Below, piece by piece: positions 8,298-18,189 of a stretch of DNA of 46,088 nt. The DNA is taken from the IMG/VR virus record IMGVR_UViG_3300030397_000595, positions 1 to 46,088 of that record; one strand, given 5' to 3'. Numbering within the stretch: the first letter of the stretch is position 1; each line of letters opens with the position of its first letter. This DNA is from a virus (lineage: Duplodnaviria > Caudoviricetes). The notes beneath the pieces were generated by a model. It had not been told where the DNA came from, made no database searches, and saw only the letters and a list, made by a program, of their open reading frames with translations. Position numbers and translations under genes: made by a program.

Positions 8298-9133
8298 AAA
8301 TAGATGCCTACGACCTACTCAAAGCCAGCGCCAACGACTTCGCTGGTCACAACATCGCCGTCTTAGGTGTGCGTGGCTACGGCAAAAGCAATACCGCCGC
8401 CGTCCTCATAGAAGAATGGCTAACCGCAGGTATGCCCGTCACAGTGGTAGACCCACATGGCGAGTATCACGGCTTGTGTGTCGAGCATGACATTCATTGG
8501 GTTGGTCGCCATGTTCACAAACAAGTAGATACTGCCCTGAATCCATCCAGCGGCAACAAACTAGGTGCGCGTGTTGCTTCAGTGGGTAATCAATCCGTCA
8601 TTTTAGATGTGTCTGGCTATTATCCTGATGAGAGAGAGGAGTTTCTTACAGGCTACTTCGCTGGTCTGTTGCGTGTTGCTCGTTCCCGTAGCCAAGGCAT
8701 TCCCCACATGATAATCTTAGAAGAATCCCGCCATTTTGTTCCCCAACGAGGCAAACTAACGCCCCTCCAAAAAGATATGAAAACTTATGCCTTCGATGGG
8801 CGTAAGTGGGGCTTTGGCTTAGTCTACGTGTCCCAAAGAGCCTCAACCATCAACAAAGACATGCTGACCCAATGCAGTTGGTACTTCCTGCATAAAGTCA
8901 AGCATAAGCTTGACTTGTCTGTTTATACTGACCTAATTCCGCGCCCCCCGGCCAAAGTCAAGTTACTAGTCAGCAAACTCACCCCCGGTGACTGCTTGGT
9001 ACTCGATCCCCAAGACCGCGTAATTCAACACAGAATACGCAAAAGAACCACACCTCACTACGGTCACACTCCCACACTAGAAGCCGTTCCGGCTGACGGC
9101 CAGTTATCATTCGACGGCTTATTACAGGAATAG
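8294..9133 (+). CDS. HerA/DUF87-family P-loop ATPase
   Basis: Walker A GVRGYGKS, VVDPHGEY, Walker B IILEESRH, GRKWG, SQR. Start placed at the ATGA overlap (8294). Confidence 0.85.
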   Translation: MKIDAYDLLKASANDFAGHNIAVLGVRGYGKSNTAAVLIEEWLTAGMPVTVVDPHGEYHGLCVEHDIHWVGRHVHKQVDTALNPSSGNKLGARVASVGNQSVILDVSGYYPDEREEFLTGYFAGLLRVARSRSQGIPHMIILEESRHFVPQRGKLTPLQKDMKTYAFDGRKWGFGLVYVSQRASTINKDMLTQCSWYFLHKVKHKLDLSVYTDLIPRPPAKVKLLVSKLTPGDCLVLDPQDRVIQHRIRKRTTPHYGHTPTLEAVPADGQLSFDGLLQE

Positions 9134-9138
9134 ATTTT

Positions 9139-9513
9139 TTGATGGATAAAATAAAAGAGTTACGCAGTTTAGCAACAGGGCTAATATCCACACTCCGCAA
9201 TGAAACAGTTCCCATAGCTACGCATACCGACCCGCAAGCGATAGAAGACTGCTTTGACGAATTGCGAGAATTGTTCATTAAGCTTCACTGGATGGCAGTA
9301 ATCCAGAACTCCACATTAAGAGAAATTGCCGCTTATGTTATGACCATCGAAGCTGATACCGCTGAAACGGAAGAAGCCTTTGGTTTAGATGTCTCTGAAG
9401 TTGTTGAAATGGCACACAACTCCATGATCCTAATGGCTCGACGAACATTGACTAATCTATTCCCTGATGGAGACCAATCATTACCAATCCCCGTTGAAGA
9501 TTTAGCAGAGTAG
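9139..9513 (+). CDS. Hypothetical protein
   Basis: Helical ORF that fits the operon. Confidence 0.5.
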   Translation: MMDKIKELRSLATGLISTLRNETVPIATHTDPQAIEDCFDELRELFIKLHWMAVIQNSTLREIAAYVMTIEADTAETEEAFGLDVSEVVEMAHNSMILMARRTLTNLFPDGDQSLPIPVEDLAE

Positions 9514-9515
9514 GA

Positions 9516-9869
9516 GTGAAAATGACAAAGAAAAGTTGGCAACAGGCGGCAGACGAGGCTCTCATACCAAGTTTGCCCTACTCACGTGTTGGAACACAGG
9601 CTGAAGTTTTGCAACGCGCACAGGAAAAATTTCAGCATAACTATAAAATGTTACGTAGGCTCAATCCATTTTACATGCGTAAATGCCAGCTATGTCAAGC
9701 TGATGAGCGCGTGACTACGGCAGGAACTGTCTGCTTTCATTGCCAGTTGTATACTGACTATCCCGCTTTAGTTATAGCCGATCCATGTGCATCATGTGGA
9801 AACATTTATTTCATTGAAGCACCATTAAGTCCTACATTTTGTGCTACCTGTAAACGACAGGCTAAGTAA
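9516..9869 (+). CDS. Cys-rich zinc-ribbon protein
   Basis: Four CxxC pairs; AGGAG RBS. Confidence 0.6.
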   Translation: MKMTKKSWQQAADEALIPSLPYSRVGTQAEVLQRAQEKFQHNYKMLRRLNPFYMRKCQLCQADERVTTAGTVCFHCQLYTDYPALVIADPCASCGNIYFIEAPLSPTFCATCKRQAK

Positions 9870-9916
9870 AGGTGACTTCTTCAGATCGCTAAATCACAAT
9901 GATCTGTGTGTAAATT

Positions 9917-11557
9917 ATGATTGGTAACTATCCAGGGGGCAAAGGTCTTATTTACCATCATTTAGTCAATCAGACCACGCCCCACATGGTCTTAATTGTC
10001 GGTTGTGCGGGTGGGGGGTCATTCTTCAACAACATAAAGAGAGCACCATATTCATTACTGTTTGACCTTGATGAGCGTGTCATTCGGGCGTGGTCAGAAC
10101 ATTTGCGTAGAGAGGGTTACTATTCTTTACCCTCCCATTTGACCGTACCCATTTCGCCGAAGTTGCTGGCCGAAACGGTCAATATTGACGGGGGTGCAGA
10201 GTTCCAAACTCCTTTACCATTTCCGGCCGGGACGGTCACAAATGACCGCCCTTCAGTCAAACAAACATTTGTAAATGATTGTGGTCAACGAGTGGATTTG
10301 TACCATATGTCAATCCTAGATTGGCTCGATGGTGCCGAGTTGTCCCCCTATTGCTTTGTTTATCTTGATCCACCCTATCTAATTGAGACACGGCGCAACA
10401 AGCGACGCCGCTATCGCAACGAGTTTACAGTCGAGGATCATGAAAGGCTTTTGAAGCAGGTACAGAAGCTAAATTGTAATGTTATGCTCAGCGGCTATCA
10501 CTCCCGCATGTATGACGATGCACTCCCTGAGTGGCAGGTGATGACAATAGACACTTATATACGTGGAGGAATACCCGCCACTGAGTATGTTTGGATGAAC
10601 TATGCTGAGCCAAATCAGTTGCATGATTATCAGCACGTAGGTCATCATGGCGACTATCGAGCTAACATCAAGCGCCGTAACGCACGATGGTTGCGACGCA
10701 TCGGCAAGATGCGTGTGTTTGAACGTTTGAGCTACTTTGAACAGCTGTCTCACTATTTTGAGGTAAAGCTCCGGGGGCAGATTTATGACGGCGGTTTACG
10801 GAATGAGATTGTTCTCAGTTTGTTCCCCGGTTTGGACTTATTAGGGCGGGGCTTTGAAAGTGAGGGTTACATAATCCTTCGTGGCCCCGATCCTTTGTGG
10901 GGGGGGGATATTCGCCAGTTCACTATGCCCCCCGGCCGGGTAGAAGGAATCATAGCGGGGTCGCCTTGTCAGGATTTCAGCGGCGCACGACGCGATGCGC
11001 CTACAGGCTTGGGCTTAGAAATGCTAGGTGAATTTGTACGCTTGGTCTTAGAGGCTCAGCCTGATTGGTGGCTGTTAGAGAATGTCCCGGCCGTGCCAGA
11101 CGTTCGCATACCCGGTTACAATCACCAACGTCTTGACGTTAGAGCCACCGATTTCGGCTTGTCTCAGCGGCGGTTGAGACATTTTCAATGGGGTAGTCGG
11201 AGCAACGAGGAGCTAGTCCTGCCACGTTTAGATTTGACAGGGGGCGAGGCAACTGTTACGTCTCGCTTGGGGGGGCGTTCATGGTCTGCTGTTCTTCAAG
11301 CACAAGGCTTACCACCCGATTTAGATTTGCCATTTCGTCTTGCTGACCGCAATCAGTTGATAGCTAATGGAGTTCCTCTGCCTATGGCAAAAGCATTTGC
11401 CCAAGCTGTCAGAAATCGCGTCCCGGCCGGGACTGTTCCCCTTTGCCAATGTTCTTGTGGTCGCCCACTACCAGAAAAGCGACGTAGAGATAAACAATTC
11501 GCCTCCGCTCGTTGTCGCATGAAAGACAAAAAAGATCGTGAACTCAGACAAATGTAA
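9917..11557 (+). CDS. Fused DNA methyltransferase: N6-adenine (Dam/D12) domain + C5-cytosine domain
   Basis: N-terminal YPGGKG, AGGGS, YLDPPY, SGY, EYVWMNY. C-terminal SLFPG, GSPCQDFS, ENV, QRRLR, ANGV. Confidence 0.85.
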   Translation: MIGNYPGGKGLIYHHLVNQTTPHMVLIVGCAGGGSFFNNIKRAPYSLLFDLDERVIRAWSEHLRREGYYSLPSHLTVPISPKLLAETVNIDGGAEFQTPLPFPAGTVTNDRPSVKQTFVNDCGQRVDLYHMSILDWLDGAELSPYCFVYLDPPYLIETRRNKRRRYRNEFTVEDHERLLKQVQKLNCNVMLSGYHSRMYDDALPEWQVMTIDTYIRGGIPATEYVWMNYAEPNQLHDYQHVGHHGDYRANIKRRNARWLRRIGKMRVFERLSYFEQLSHYFEVKLRGQIYDGGLRNEIVLSLFPGLDLLGRGFESEGYIILRGPDPLWGGDIRQFTMPPGRVEGIIAGSPCQDFSGARRDAPTGLGLEMLGEFVRLVLEAQPDWWLLENVPAVPDVRIPGYNHQRLDVRATDFGLSQRRLRHFQWGSRSNEELVLPRLDLTGGEATVTSRLGGRSWSAVLQAQGLPPDLDLPFRLADRNQLIANGVPLPMAKAFAQAVRNRVPAGTVPLCQCSCGRPLPEKRRRDKQFASARCRMKDKKDRELRQM

Positions 11558-11671
11558 AATGGCCGGCAGAAGTTGGCCGGTTGTTTTTACGGTTACAAAG
11601 GTCAACCCACGTCGTTTTGCAATAGATATTCGCTTACGGCTCTAATCGTAACTCAGCTCAGGAACATACAG

Positions 11672-11947
11672 CTATTGCTTTGACGACTCCGCAATAGCTC
11701 TTATCTCCGCTTCCCAATCGTCCGCTACTCGCCCTTGCTCCAATATGAAGGTGATCATCGTTTCAAGGTAATGGGGGTACATCTTAGGGATATGGCCTTT
11801 TGTGTAATATTGAACTCCCCAATCTGACAAGCACAGTAGATTTCCAATTCGTGCGCGAATCTCTGCAACAGTAACTCGTTGACGCTTTGCCGCACTATGT
11901 ATCCCCTCCTTTAGTAACTTTCTGAATTCGAGATTAACGCTAGCCAT
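11672..11947 (-). CDS. Putative HTH DNA-binding protein
   Basis: IGNLLCLSDWGVQYYTKGHIP resembles an HTH recognition helix. Confidence 0.5.
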   Translation of the reverse strand: MASVNLEFRKLLKEGIHSAAKRQRVTVAEIRARIGNLLCLSDWGVQYYTKGHIPKMYPHYLETMITFILEQGRVADDWEAEIRAIAESSKQ

Positions 11948-12284
11948 GTTCTTGTAGCAAATCGTTTAGAGAGGCTTTTGCAGCACTTACAACTGTTCTG
12001 GTATCTCCATTGATTTCTGGATTGTTGGCAAGTATTGCCTCGGTGACAGCAATTATCTGCATAGTAATAGGTGCTAGACGCCAGTAACGTGATCGGAGTT
12101 CCTCAAGTTTAGCCTCATTAGACGTTAGCTTTTCCGAAGTTTCCTTATTAGCCTCGCGCAACTCCGAGCGCAATTTATCTCTAAAGTCTGTGACTTTATC
12201 CTTAGACATAAAGAAGCGGTCTAGTATTCTTGGTATAGCATGAGTTAAGAAGGCAGTGGCAACCACTAAGATGAATTCTTCCAT
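11940..12284 (-). CDS. N-terminal TM plus coiled-coil protein (holin/spanin-like)
   Basis: Single N-terminal TM and a heptad coil; end of the late operon. Confidence 0.55.
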   Translation of the reverse strand: MEEFILVVATAFLTHAIPRILDRFFMSKDKVTDFRDKLRSELREANKETSEKLTSNEAKLEELRSRYWRLAPITMQIIAVTEAILANNPEINGDTRTVVSAAKASLNDLLQEHG

Positions 12285-12694
12285 TGCGTTACGAACTCCG
12301 GTAAGAAAATTTTGTATAAATAAAGTTCTTTGATTAGCACTGATAACGAAATCAATACTGGGAATGCCAGCGTGTCCAAGAACACAAGGGCTTCGTTGTC
12401 ACCAAAAACAGTGATTCGGAATAATCGCATGAGTCCAGTAATCCGCCTAAAGTCCATTAAGGCAAATCCAAATGTACCAATACCCCATATTTGGGCTGTT
12501 CGTTTGTGTCCTAATTGCCAGAAGCGATGAGTAGATTGCGCGTTAATATACACCACTATGCTCTGCATGATGAGCATGATGATAGAGGCTTGAACTCGCA
12601 GAAAGCCATGTTCTGCGATTAGACCATCCCCTTGTAAAAGGGCTAGCCCAAATGGGAGAAATGTCACAATTAGTGTTGATGAAAGGCGTAACAC
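12266..12694 (-). CDS. Multi-TM membrane protein
   Basis: Three to four hydrophobic helices; overlaps both neighbours. Confidence 0.6.
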   Translation of the reverse strand: MLRLSSTLIVTFLPFGLALLQGDGLIAEHGFLRVQASIIMLIMQSIVVYINAQSTHRFWQLGHKRTAQIWGIGTFGFALMDFRRITGLMRLFRITVFGDNEALVFLDTLAFPVLISLSVLIKELYLYKIFLPEFVTQWKNSS

Positions 12695-13200
12695 GATGAT
12701 TCTCCATATAGATTGTTGAATAATTGCCAGATTGTTATTTGGTGATGTACATGTGTAGGTGTTGTGGTTATGTGATAGTGATTAGGTGTGGCGGTTTGCG
12801 TGGGGAATGTAGTCTTGCTAGGTAGAGGTGTCTTTGTGGTTGGGGGTGTATCTGTATTTTTGGGTGTTGGGCTTGGCATGTTTGTGGCTGTGTTGCTAGG
12901 TGTTATGGTTGGTGGGTTGGTGGTGGTAGGCGTGGTTGTCGTTGTGTTTGTTGCGCTGGGGGTATTTGTTGGGGTATTGCTAGGTTTTGCAGTGGTCGGC
13001 TTCAATGCGGTTGGGGTGTATGTGGGTTCAACAGTGCTATTGTCTGGCGTGTCTTCAGGGAGTGGTCGTTGTTCTGTAGGTGTCGCGGTCACTGTTATGG
13101 TAATCGAGTTTTCCGGCTTAGAAACTAACCAGAGTGTTAGACATATTGCTGTCAACCCCAGCGTTATTAGAGCAATTGGGAGTAAGTGCTTTTTATTCAT
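12670..13200 (-). CDS. Membrane-anchored Pro/Thr-rich protein
   Basis: N-terminal signal/TM followed by a long TPT/TAT low-complexity stalk; TAATG coupling to the upstream gene. Confidence 0.65.
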   Translation of the reverse strand: MNKKHLLPIALITLGLTAICLTLWLVSKPENSITITVTATPTEQRPLPEDTPDNSTVEPTYTPTALKPTTAKPSNTPTNTPSATNTTTTTPTTTNPPTITPSNTATNMPSPTPKNTDTPPTTKTPLPSKTTFPTQTATPNHYHITTTPTHVHHQITIWQLFNNLYGESSCYAFHQH

Positions 13201-15428
13201 TACCAGTTTTCTTCTCCTACATCGGCTGGATCATCAATAATCCTTCCCGCATTTAGATTTCCATTCAAGACCCTATCTTCTACTTGGCTAAGAATTCGTC
13301 TGTCGTGGTAGTCTCTTTCGGGCAGGGTGGCACCAACTCCTGTTACATCGTCTAACAGTGCGTAGATGATCCCGGCCGGGTCGTCAATACTGACCGGGGG
13401 ATCTGCCATAGGAAAGCCAACCGCCTGATTAACTGCAATAGAGTTAGCAACGTATGCCTCACTCCCCGCTAGAGCACGTCGCCCCGTTGTATCGCCCATG
13501 CAACCACTAAAGTAGAGTAGCGCACTGTCCGTATACGTATCGTCACTAAGCAACTCTACGCCTGAGTTTCCTTGCCCATCTGCACCTTCATAAGTGTGAA
13601 TGTTCACTAGGTTCAGCTCCAACTTCTCTATCGCTCGTAAATCCATGTGTGCAGCACTATTGAACGAAATGACATTGTATAGGCTACCAGTGCCTCCACG
13701 GATGAGTGGGCTACGATCAAAACAATTAGCTACAACAATATTATGTAGTGTGAATAGAGAGTTGCTTTCATAGAAAAAGAACCCCTTACTATGTGGCCCC
13801 TCTGGATGGTTAGCATCGAATAACGCCTCTGCGATTAGAGCATTACTTATCGTGAATCGACTAGATGCTCTTACCGTAAAGCATTCATCAGTAGACCACT
13901 CCAAGGAGGGATGATCGACTAAAAAATTATCGCAATTATCAATAAACAAGCAGTCCCCACTGCCGGGGTTAGATACATTTGGCCCCGGCCGGATTCGTGC
14001 ATGACGAATAGCAAAATGACTAGAGTTATCAATAGTCAGCTTACCCCGCTTGATAATGACCGGGCTGGGAGCTGAACCAAAGTCGATATCGAAGTCCGAT
14101 TGACCATCCACAGAAAGATTGTCTTCATTCAGATTTATCACGCCACCTACATCAAACTGGATAAGTTTCGGGTTCGTTTGCTCTAATGCCCAACGTAACG
14201 AGCCGTCCCCTGAAGCATTCAAATTAGTAACGGATACAGTCGTTTTGCTCAGCCCATTGTCATAGTCCTTTCCAAACCCAATTGTTGCGGCTGGAGCCGT
14301 CGCTTCTGGCGTTAGGTAGCTCAACCAACAGAGAGCATTCCCGGCCGGGTCACAGACAACAATCTCTCCGTTTCCATCCCCGGTTACATCGACGTAGTGA
14401 GCTTTAGACGCAAATACATCACCACTACCCGCATTCGCCATCTTACGCATTCGGTATGCGCCTCGATGCCATGTAAAGTTGTAGACACCCAGATTCTCAT
14501 AAACAACCGCAAAATCATCCTCAACTGATCGGGCGAACCTCAGTATGTTTGTCACGTTAAAATTGGCGGCGGGTACTGGCACGTAATAAAGAGCATGGGT
14601 GTCCGAACCATCAAACCAAGCCACATTATTGTCAGTTGCCGCAATCAAGTCGTCAGAACTAACTATTTCAGCTGGCACTATCGTGTACCAGTTTGATTTG
14701 TTTTTCAGCGCATAATCATTGAGCCATGGGTCTAACGGGTTTGTGTCTGAGCGATAGCGAAACAACCCTCCCGGAGCAGACGTGTTTACAGAGTCATTGG
14801 CCGAGACATATAAGGCATTATTTACAATGCACAGGTCATGAGCACCCTGCAAATCTACAATGTCATAATGTGACCAGCTGGCCGCACTCATCACGTCGCC
14901 ACTGTCCCAATCCAAGCCTCTTACCCCACCATCACTTCCATTATCAGCATAGGTGTAAAAACATTCCGGCCGGCCGTCAGAATCAACATCATTGGTCACC
15001 ATGTTTTGTACGCCTTGCCCTGTAGTAAATAGAGTGGCCGTTGTCCATGTGCCTGTTGGTGTTGCGGGTATGTCCGGCTTTGCAATTGAAACCCGATTGT
15101 TGTTACTTAACACCAATACCTCAACGTTTCCATCTCCGTCGAAGTCGTCAGCAATGACTCCTTTGATAGCACTTAGAGAGCTAGTTATGGCATGTTTATT
15201 CCATTCATATTCATCGACCTGCTCAAACCACCATAGGCTACCGCCCTCGGCCGCGACAATATCGGGTTTGCCATTCCCTGTTAGATCAACCGCGAACGAC
15301 GCCACCCACGTGGCCGAAGCATCAAGCCTATGTAAACCTGTAACCTTTGTGGTTTCAGGGGCCGTGTTTCGTTGATGACGTGCTTTTACATGCCGTTGTT
15401 GCATAGCGAAATGAGATACAGAGGACAT
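13200..15428 (-). CDS. Tail spike: FG-GAP/VCBS beta-propeller + PL1-like pectate lyase beta-helix
   Basis: DLTGNGKPDIV, DFDGDGNVEV, DVDSDGRPE, DVTGDGNGEI repeats; VTNLNASGDGSLRWAL, QFDVGGVI, DHPSLEWSTDE, HSKG, DRSP. Start placed at the TAATG overlap (15428). Confidence 0.8.
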   Translation of the reverse strand: MSSVSHFAMQQRHVKARHQRNTAPETTKVTGLHRLDASATWVASFAVDLTGNGKPDIVAAEGGSLWWFEQVDEYEWNKHAITSSLSAIKGVIADDFDGDGNVEVLVLSNNNRVSIAKPDIPATPTGTWTTATLFTTGQGVQNMVTNDVDSDGRPECFYTYADNGSDGGVRGLDWDSGDVMSAASWSHYDIVDLQGAHDLCIVNNALYVSANDSVNTSAPGGLFRYRSDTNPLDPWLNDYALKNKSNWYTIVPAEIVSSDDLIAATDNNVAWFDGSDTHALYYVPVPAANFNVTNILRFARSVEDDFAVVYENLGVYNFTWHRGAYRMRKMANAGSGDVFASKAHYVDVTGDGNGEIVVCDPAGNALCWLSYLTPEATAPAATIGFGKDYDNGLSKTTVSVTNLNASGDGSLRWALEQTNPKLIQFDVGGVINLNEDNLSVDGQSDFDIDFGSAPSPVIIKRGKLTIDNSSHFAIRHARIRPGPNVSNPGSGDCLFIDNCDNFLVDHPSLEWSTDECFTVRASSRFTISNALIAEALFDANHPEGPHSKGFFFYESNSLFTLHNIVVANCFDRSPLIRGGTGSLYNVISFNSAAHMDLRAIEKLELNLVNIHTYEGADGQGNSGVELLSDDTYTDSALLYFSGCMGDTTGRRALAGSEAYVANSIAVNQAVGFPMADPPVSIDDPAGIIYALLDDVTGVGATLPERDYHDRRILSQVEDRVLNGNLNAGRIIDDPADVGEENW

Positions 15429-16141
15429 TAGGTAGCTATCCCCCATTTAATGCAGTGCTTGTAGAAATAATCTACATGATCATCGTGAAGCGGCGCCGCA
15501 CACATGACATAGAAGGCCATCCACCCATCCATGTGGTTACTGTTTCCTCCATCAGTTGCTACTCCCAACCCTAAGTCTACTGGCGAATCAAAGATTGTTG
15601 TGATAGTTGTGGTGATGTCTTGTGTTGTGTCGTTTGCCCAACACTTGACTTCATCGTTTGGCTTAAATCGTAAGGCGCAGAAGGTGGGTGTGTCCAATGG
15701 GACACTGCCATCGCCTGTATTGTTAGCCGACTCAGTAGTACCATCACCCGAAATACCAAACAGAAACCGTGTATTTCCATCTTGATAAGTCACTCGATAG
15801 GCACGTTCATTGTTCCCGCCTCTTTTGTCAAAGACTGCCCCGGAAGAAAGCGACACCGCTGTCATAATGGTGAACCCGGCCGGGAAGTTCTGCCACAACG
15901 CATCAGTTGCGATGATAGCTCCATCAACCCCATCAAATTGCGCCAATGGTACACCTCGATTGTTACACTCGATATGCACACCTCCAGACATAACAAACTC
16001 TCTTTGCTGAGCATTAGACGTGTAGAGCACATTACCTGTTTGCTCCAAAAAGAGGAGCGTTGCTACTTGTGCAGGTAAAGCTAAAAAGGGTAATTCAAAA
16101 GACTCTTGTAAAAATGTGGGTCTTGAATAAGGATAGCTCAT
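15428..16141 (-). CDS. LamG/concanavalin-like lectin tail protein
   Basis: QFDGVDG, FTIMTAV, IFDSPVDLGLG, MDGWMA jelly-roll pattern. Confidence 0.7.
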   Translation of the reverse strand: MSYPYSRPTFLQESFELPFLALPAQVATLLFLEQTGNVLYTSNAQQREFVMSGGVHIECNNRGVPLAQFDGVDGAIIATDALWQNFPAGFTIMTAVSLSSGAVFDKRGGNNERAYRVTYQDGNTRFLFGISGDGTTESANNTGDGSVPLDTPTFCALRFKPNDEVKCWANDTTQDITTTITTIFDSPVDLGLGVATDGGNSNHMDGWMAFYVMCAAPLHDDHVDYFYKHCIKWGIAT

Positions 16142-16153
16142 GGTAGTCTCCTG

Positions 16154-16828
16154 TTATGAAATAGTTGGGATAGGCGCATTTGTTGGATTTCCCCTTGTGT
16201 CATATGTCATTGTTGATTGCGTAACGGTTTTTCCCCGTACGCTGTGTGTTATTGTCCAAGCTTCAGCCGCGTGATGAAGCTCGTTGACACTAGTTGTTGT
16301 GTAAGTTCCGGCCGATAAGTCAGGCCATATGCCTGTACCTGACTCAACTAAGTTAGGGTACGCTTCGTAATAGGTTGGGTTTGTGATACGGAATGAGCCA
16401 GCAATAGCCCATGCAATTAGCTGAGAATCATACAAGGATGCCATCCCCCCGCCGCCAGCATCGTTTGATATGTTGGGGGTCATTTCAAACCTACCGAATT
16501 GACACGTATACGCAGTATCATTATCTGTATGTATGAGACGGATATCGTAAACCAATGTTCCAGTGATTAAGCCGTCTGTGTCATCAGGGTATATTGTGAC
16601 TGTGCCATTGTCAGATGTGGGGAATGTCCATTGGTCTGATTGTGCTGTTTTAGTCAGCATGAAAACAATGTTCCCATCCGGTCTATCTCGAACGGTGAAT
16701 TGAGCTTCTGCGATATTTCCCACTACACCATAACTGTGTACAAAGTTGATAGTTGCACGGCTTCCTCGCATGTACTTGATAAACTGGTTTTGTGCTATTG
16801 TCTCGCCAATAAAGTCTTGGGCGCTCAT
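16154..16828 (-). CDS. BppU-like baseplate/adaptor protein
   Basis: AQFTVR...GTVTIYPDDT...LVYDIRL...FGRFEM N-terminal pattern; position after the hub gene. Confidence 0.55.
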   Translation of the reverse strand: MSAQDFIGETIAQNQFIKYMRGSRATINFVHSYGVVGNIAEAQFTVRDRPDGNIVFMLTKTAQSDQWTFPTSDNGTVTIYPDDTDGLITGTLVYDIRLIHTDNDTAYTCQFGRFEMTPNISNDAGGGGMASLYDSQLIAWAIAGSFRITNPTYYEAYPNLVESGTGIWPDLSAGTYTTTSVNELHHAAEAWTITHSVRGKTVTQSTMTYDTRGNPTNAPIPTIS

Positions 16829-18189
16829 TAGTTTCCTCCTCGCACTCGGTTAGCTAAATGCTCTAGTTGAGCTATATCTGATATTGGATTGTGGACTTCG
16901 TTGGTTAGCCGCCATAACTCATTTAGCCACTCCGGTGAGTTCGATCCTCTTGGCCTGGAATAACTGTCAATTCGTTCGCTGGTTAATCTACTGCTGGTTA
17001 GACGTAAATCAGCGTCTTTTAATGTAGCACTGGTGAAGCCGGGTAAATGATCCCCCATTCGTGCGATTACAGCTTCTACGTATGTGTCTCGGCTGTCTTC
17101 GTAAGGCGTGTCAGGTCGGGGTTCTACAGTTAAGAGAGTCGTGTCGCGTACCACTCCAGGTACAACTGTGTGAGCTGGCACACTCACAGACCCACTTGCA
17201 TCTTTGTGTAAACCATCTCGGGTTAGGAAATATCTAGGAGACCAATCACGCTTTTCATAATTGACACGGTTCCACTGGTCAATCCATAAATAATAGGTTG
17301 GTCGAATGCCATTACTGTCTACTGGCCCACCTAACTCTGCTAGAGCTAGTAATACTTCCAGTCCATTACCGCTAGGCAGGGCTGTTATCGTTTCTGTGTT
17401 GCTAGCAATGTAGCCGACGGTTAAGAAGGGAAGATCATTTGTAATTACATTTGTAATTGCTTCACTAATCGTATCGCTTCCTCCGCTGATAGTGGTCGTT
17501 ATTTCGCTTTCTGCTACCCACGCCGCTGTATGAAGGTAGCCGAGGCAAACGATTTCTAGTTTCCCATAAGGTTCATAATTGTTGGTGATTGCATTTCCTC
17601 CTATTGGAAAGGCGCGGCGTTGTAGGATAACTTCTGCCAGATTTTGCGCGGCTGTTGCATCATTTAGGGAGCTATTAAAAACAAAAGTTCGTTGTCCATA
17701 TTGATCGGCTGACTGCGTGTTGTGTGTTGTAGTATGACTACCACTGCCTCCTGAATGAGTTACTTCAACCTTGTTGGCGAGATCATGCAAACTCTTTTGT
17801 CTAATTGTGTAACCTTGGGTGTAGGTTAGTTCCCATGTTTTCCCCTGATAAACAATACGGCCATACTGTTCAGCTTGTACGTCATAACCGAGCCAAGATT
17901 CATAGCGATTCGCTAGTATGTAAGCTTCTTCGATAGATTGAGCTTGCCAGCTAAAAGTTGCTGGACCAAACCAAACTTCATCATTTACTTCTTGCTCGTA
18001 GTCGGTTGGGGCAGACTCTACTGCTATTGGTGTTGATGCGTTGTGTGGGAATCCAGCAATATGCGTTCTTTCACCACTGCTTGCCATTGTTGCAAAGATG
18101 GCAAGGTTTATGTAACTACCAGGGGGATTAATTAGACGTGGGTTGAGCATTTTTAGGCTTTGTGTGCTTGTCGTTGATAGGTGCGCCAA
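16828..18189 (-). CDS. Tail hub/Tal-like protein
   Basis: Synteny; SADQYGQR..AQNLAEVILQRR hub-like motif. Confidence 0.55.
   Translation of the reverse strand: MAHLSTTSTQSLKMLNPRLINPPGSYINLAIFATMASSGERTHIAGFPHNASTPIAVESAPTDYEQEVNDEVWFGPATFSWQAQSIEEAYILANRYESWLGYDVQAEQYGRIVYQGKTWELTYTQGYTIRQKSLHDLANKVEVTHSGGSGSHTTTHNTQSADQYGQRTFVFNSSLNDATAAQNLAEVILQRRAFPIGGNAITNNYEPYGKLEIVCLGYLHTAAWVAESEITTTISGGSDTISEAITNVITNDLPFLTVGYIASNTETITALPSGNGLEVLLALAELGGPVDSNGIRPTYYLWIDQWNRVNYEKRDWSPRYFLTRDGLHKDASGSVSVPAHTVVPGVVRDTTLLTVEPRPDTPYEDSRDTYVEAVIARMGDHLPGFTSATLKDADLRLTSSRLTSERIDSYSRPRGSNSPEWLNELWRLTNEVHNPISDIAQLEHLANRVRGGN

Noticed and set aside
12788-13240. 150-aa Gly/Val-rich 'membrane' ORF on +
   Set aside because: Antisense mirror of the Pro/Thr-rich gene.
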